Source: Squalus acanthias | Lineage: Eukaryota | Reading direction: 5' to 3' | DNA: 64,000 bases | Assembly: GCA_030390025.1 (NCBI GenBank) | Contig: CM059432.1 | Span: 106,332,001 to 106,396,000 of the forward strand | Shown: one piece after another, positions 61,480 to 64,000 of the stretch | How positions within the stretch are numbered: the stretch's first letter is position 1 | How the letters are laid out: each line of letters starts with the position of its first letter | Made by a program: the position numbers and the translations under genes | The notes under the pieces: generated by a model | Told to the model about the DNA's origin: nothing | Database searches by the model: none | The model's input: the letters and a program-made list of their open reading frames with translations, nothing else

Positions 61480-62288
61480 AAATGAGTTTTTTGATGAGGT
61501 AACAGAGAGGGTTGAGAAGGGCAATGTGGTTGACGTGGTGTATATGGACTTCCAAAAGGCGTTTGATAAAGTGCCACAGAATAGGCTTGCCAGCGAAGTT
61601 GAAGCCTATGGAATAAAAGGGACAGTGGCAGCATGGATACGAAATTGGCTGAGTGACAGGAAACAGAGAGTAGTGGTGAATGGTTGTTTTTTGGACTGGA
61701 GGAAGGTACACAGTGGTGTTCCCTAGGGGTCGGTACTAGGACCACTGCTTTTCTTGATATATATTAATGACTTCGACTTGGGAGTACAGGGCACAATTTC
61801 AAAATTTGCAGAGGACACAAAACTTGGAAGTATAGTGAACAGTGAGGAGGAGAGTGATAGACTTCAGGAAGACATAGACAGGCTGGTGAAATGGGCGGAC
61901 ACGTGGCAGATGAAATTTAACGCAAAAAAGTGCGAAGTGATACATTTTGGTAGGAAGAACGAGGAGAGCCAATATAAACTAAAGGGTACAATCCTAAAGG
62001 GGGTGCATGAACAGAAAAACCTGGGGGTACATGTGCATAAATTATTGAAGGTGGCAGGGCAGGTTGAGAAAGTGGTTAAAAAAGCTTACGGGATCCTGGG
62101 CTTAATAAATAGAGGCAGAGTACAAAAGCAAGGAAGTTATGATAAACCTTTATAAAACACTGATCCGGCCTCAACTGGAGTATTGTGTCCAATTCTGGGC
62201 ACCACACTTTAGGAAGGATGTGAAGGCCTTAGAGAGGGTGCAGAAAAGATTTACGAGAATTATTCCAGGGATGAGGGACTTCAGTTAT

Positions 62289-62649
62289 AAAATAAAAACA
62301 GAAAATGCTGGAGATACTCAGCAGGTCAGGCAGCATCTGTAGAGAGAGAAACAGAGTTAACCTTTCAGGTCGATGACCCTTCGTCAGAACAGGAAAAAGC
62401 TGGAGATGGAACAAGTTTTTAAGCAAGGGCAGGGAAAGGGGGAGGGGAGGAAAGAACAAAAGGGAAGATCTGTGATAGGATGGAAGGCAGGAGAGATTAA
62501 GAGTCAAAAGGGATGATGGTGCAAGGCAAAAGGAGATGGTCATGGGACAAGTTAAGAAACAAAAGATGGCTCCAGATGAGGTGTAAATGGCGATGGCAGA
62601 ATGATCGACAGCTGCCATGTGAGAGAGAGAGAAAAAAAAAGATCGGGGC
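62289..62649 (-). mobile_element. Short non-coding hammerhead-bearing (Penelope-type) insertion
   Basis: 15-bp perfect TSD AGGGACTTCAGTTAT at 62274-62288 and 62650-62664, inside a CR1. Confidence 0.8.
62356..62390 (-). ncRNA. Minimal hammerhead ribozyme motif (second family), stem III mutated
   Basis: GUU CUGACGA A GGGUC AUC GACCU GAAA GG UU AAC; the partial copy at ~37993-38008 keeps the palindromic GAAACGUU. Confidence 0.6.
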
Positions 62650-63090
62650 AGGGACTTCAGTTATGTGGATACACTAGAGAAGTTAGGGTTCTTCTCCTTA
62701 GAGCAGAGAAGGTTGAGAGGAGATTTGACAGAGGTATTTAAAATCATGAGGGGTCTAGACAGAGTAGATAGAGAGAAACTGTTCCCATTGGCAGAAGGGT
62801 AGAGAACCAGAGGACACAGATTTAAGAAGATTGGCAAAAGAACCAAAGGCGACATGAGGAAAAACTTTTTTACGCAGCGAGTGGTTAGGATCTGGAATGC
62901 ACTGCCTGAAAGGGTAGTGGAGGCAGATTCAATTGTGGCTTTCAAAAGGGAATTTGATAATTACCTGAAGGAAAAAACTTTGCAGGGCTACGGGGAAAGG
63001 GCGGGGGAGTGGGACTAGCTGAAGTGCTCTTGCAGAAAGCTGGCATGGGCTCGACGGGCCGAATGGCCTCCTTCTGTGCTGTAACCATTC

Positions 63091-64000
63091 GTCCACCACA
63101 ATTCACGACTTGATGTGGTAGGACTGCAGAGCTTTGATCTGATCTGCTGATTGTAGGATCGCTTAGCTCTGTCTATAGCATGCTGCTTCCGCTGTTTAGC
63201 ATGCATGTAGTCTTGAGTTGTAGCTTCACCAGGTTGGCACTTCATTTTTAGGTACACCTGGTGCTGCTCCTGGCATGCTCTTCTACACTCCTCATTGAAC
63301 CAGGTTGGTCCCCTGGCTTGATGGTAATGGTAGAGTGAGGGATATACCAGGCCAAGAGGTTACATATTGTGGTGGAATACAATTCTGCTGCTGACGATGG
63401 CTCACAATGCCTCATGGATGCCCAGTTTTGAGCTGCTAGATCTGTTCTGAATCTATCCCATTTAGCACGGTGGTAGTGCCACACAACATGACGGAGGGTG
63501 TCCTGGGTTTGAAGACGGGACTTCGTCTCCACAAGGCCTGTGCAGTGGTAACTCCTACCAATACTGTCGTGGACAGATGCATCTGCAACAGGTAGATTGG
63601 TGAGGACAAGGTCAAGTAGGATTTTCCTCGTGTTGGTTCTCTCACCACCTGTCGCAGGCCCAGACTGGCAGTTATGTCCTTCAGGACTCTACCAGCTCAG
63701 TCAGTAGTGGTGCTACCGAGCCACTCTTGGCGATGGACATTGAAGTCCCCCACCCAGAGTACATTCTGTGCCCTTGCTACTCTCAGTGCTTCTTCCAAGT
63801 GGTGTTCAACATGGAGGAGTACTGATTCATCAGCTGAGGGAGGGCGGTAAGTGGTAATCAGCAGGAGGTTTCCTTGCCCATGTTTGACCTGATGCCGTGA
63901 GACTTCATGGGGAGTCAATGTTGAGGACTCCCAGGGTCACAACCTCCCGACTGTATACCACTGTGCTACCACTTCACGTGGGTCTGTCCTGCCGGTGGGA
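63091..64000 (-). mobile_element. LINE family B, endonuclease region
   Basis: TYRPPS..WVGDFNVH APE motifs; continues the 59720-61479 copy. Confidence 0.88.

Larger units (their letters stand above)
61480..63090 (+). mobile_element. CR1 LINE, 5'-truncated, nested in family B
   Basis: YMDFQKAFDKVP, KFAEDTK and LEYCVQFWAP motifs; 3' UTR GGGCCGAATGGCCTCC. Confidence 0.9.

Noticed and set aside
58703..64000. DSCC1 exons 1-2
   Set aside because: No matching peptide found; the region is almost all repeats, so these exons presumably lie beyond the window.

Overview
Eukaryotic DNA, most likely from a shark or other cartilaginous fish, judged by the HE1/V-SINE, Deu-domain SINE and CR1/L2/RTE/Penelope repeat content. 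The only host protein-coding gene is DSCC1 (DCC1, sister chromatid cohesion) on the minus strand. Seven coding exons, numbered 3-9 by recalled human structure, join in frame through GT-AG introns from 58702 to the stop at 18546; exons 1-2 lie beyond the right edge. The first ~400 bp are a CpG-rich housekeeping-type promoter, possibly TAF2 by vertebrate synteny. Most of the remaining sequence is nested transposon debris. The most notable items are: (1) minimal type-I hammerhead ribozyme motifs in two Penelope-type families, with compensatory base changes, two copies lying sense to the DSCC1 pre-mRNA; (2) a ~0.5 kb-arm Penelope fold-back in DSCC1 intron 5; (3) a CR1 flanked by an 86-bp direct repeat; (4) a twin-primed, 5'-inverted RTE; (5) a TSD-bounded minisatellite-RTE chimera. 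Repeat family names come from motif recognition, not database searches, and repeat boundaries without a stated TSD are approximate.
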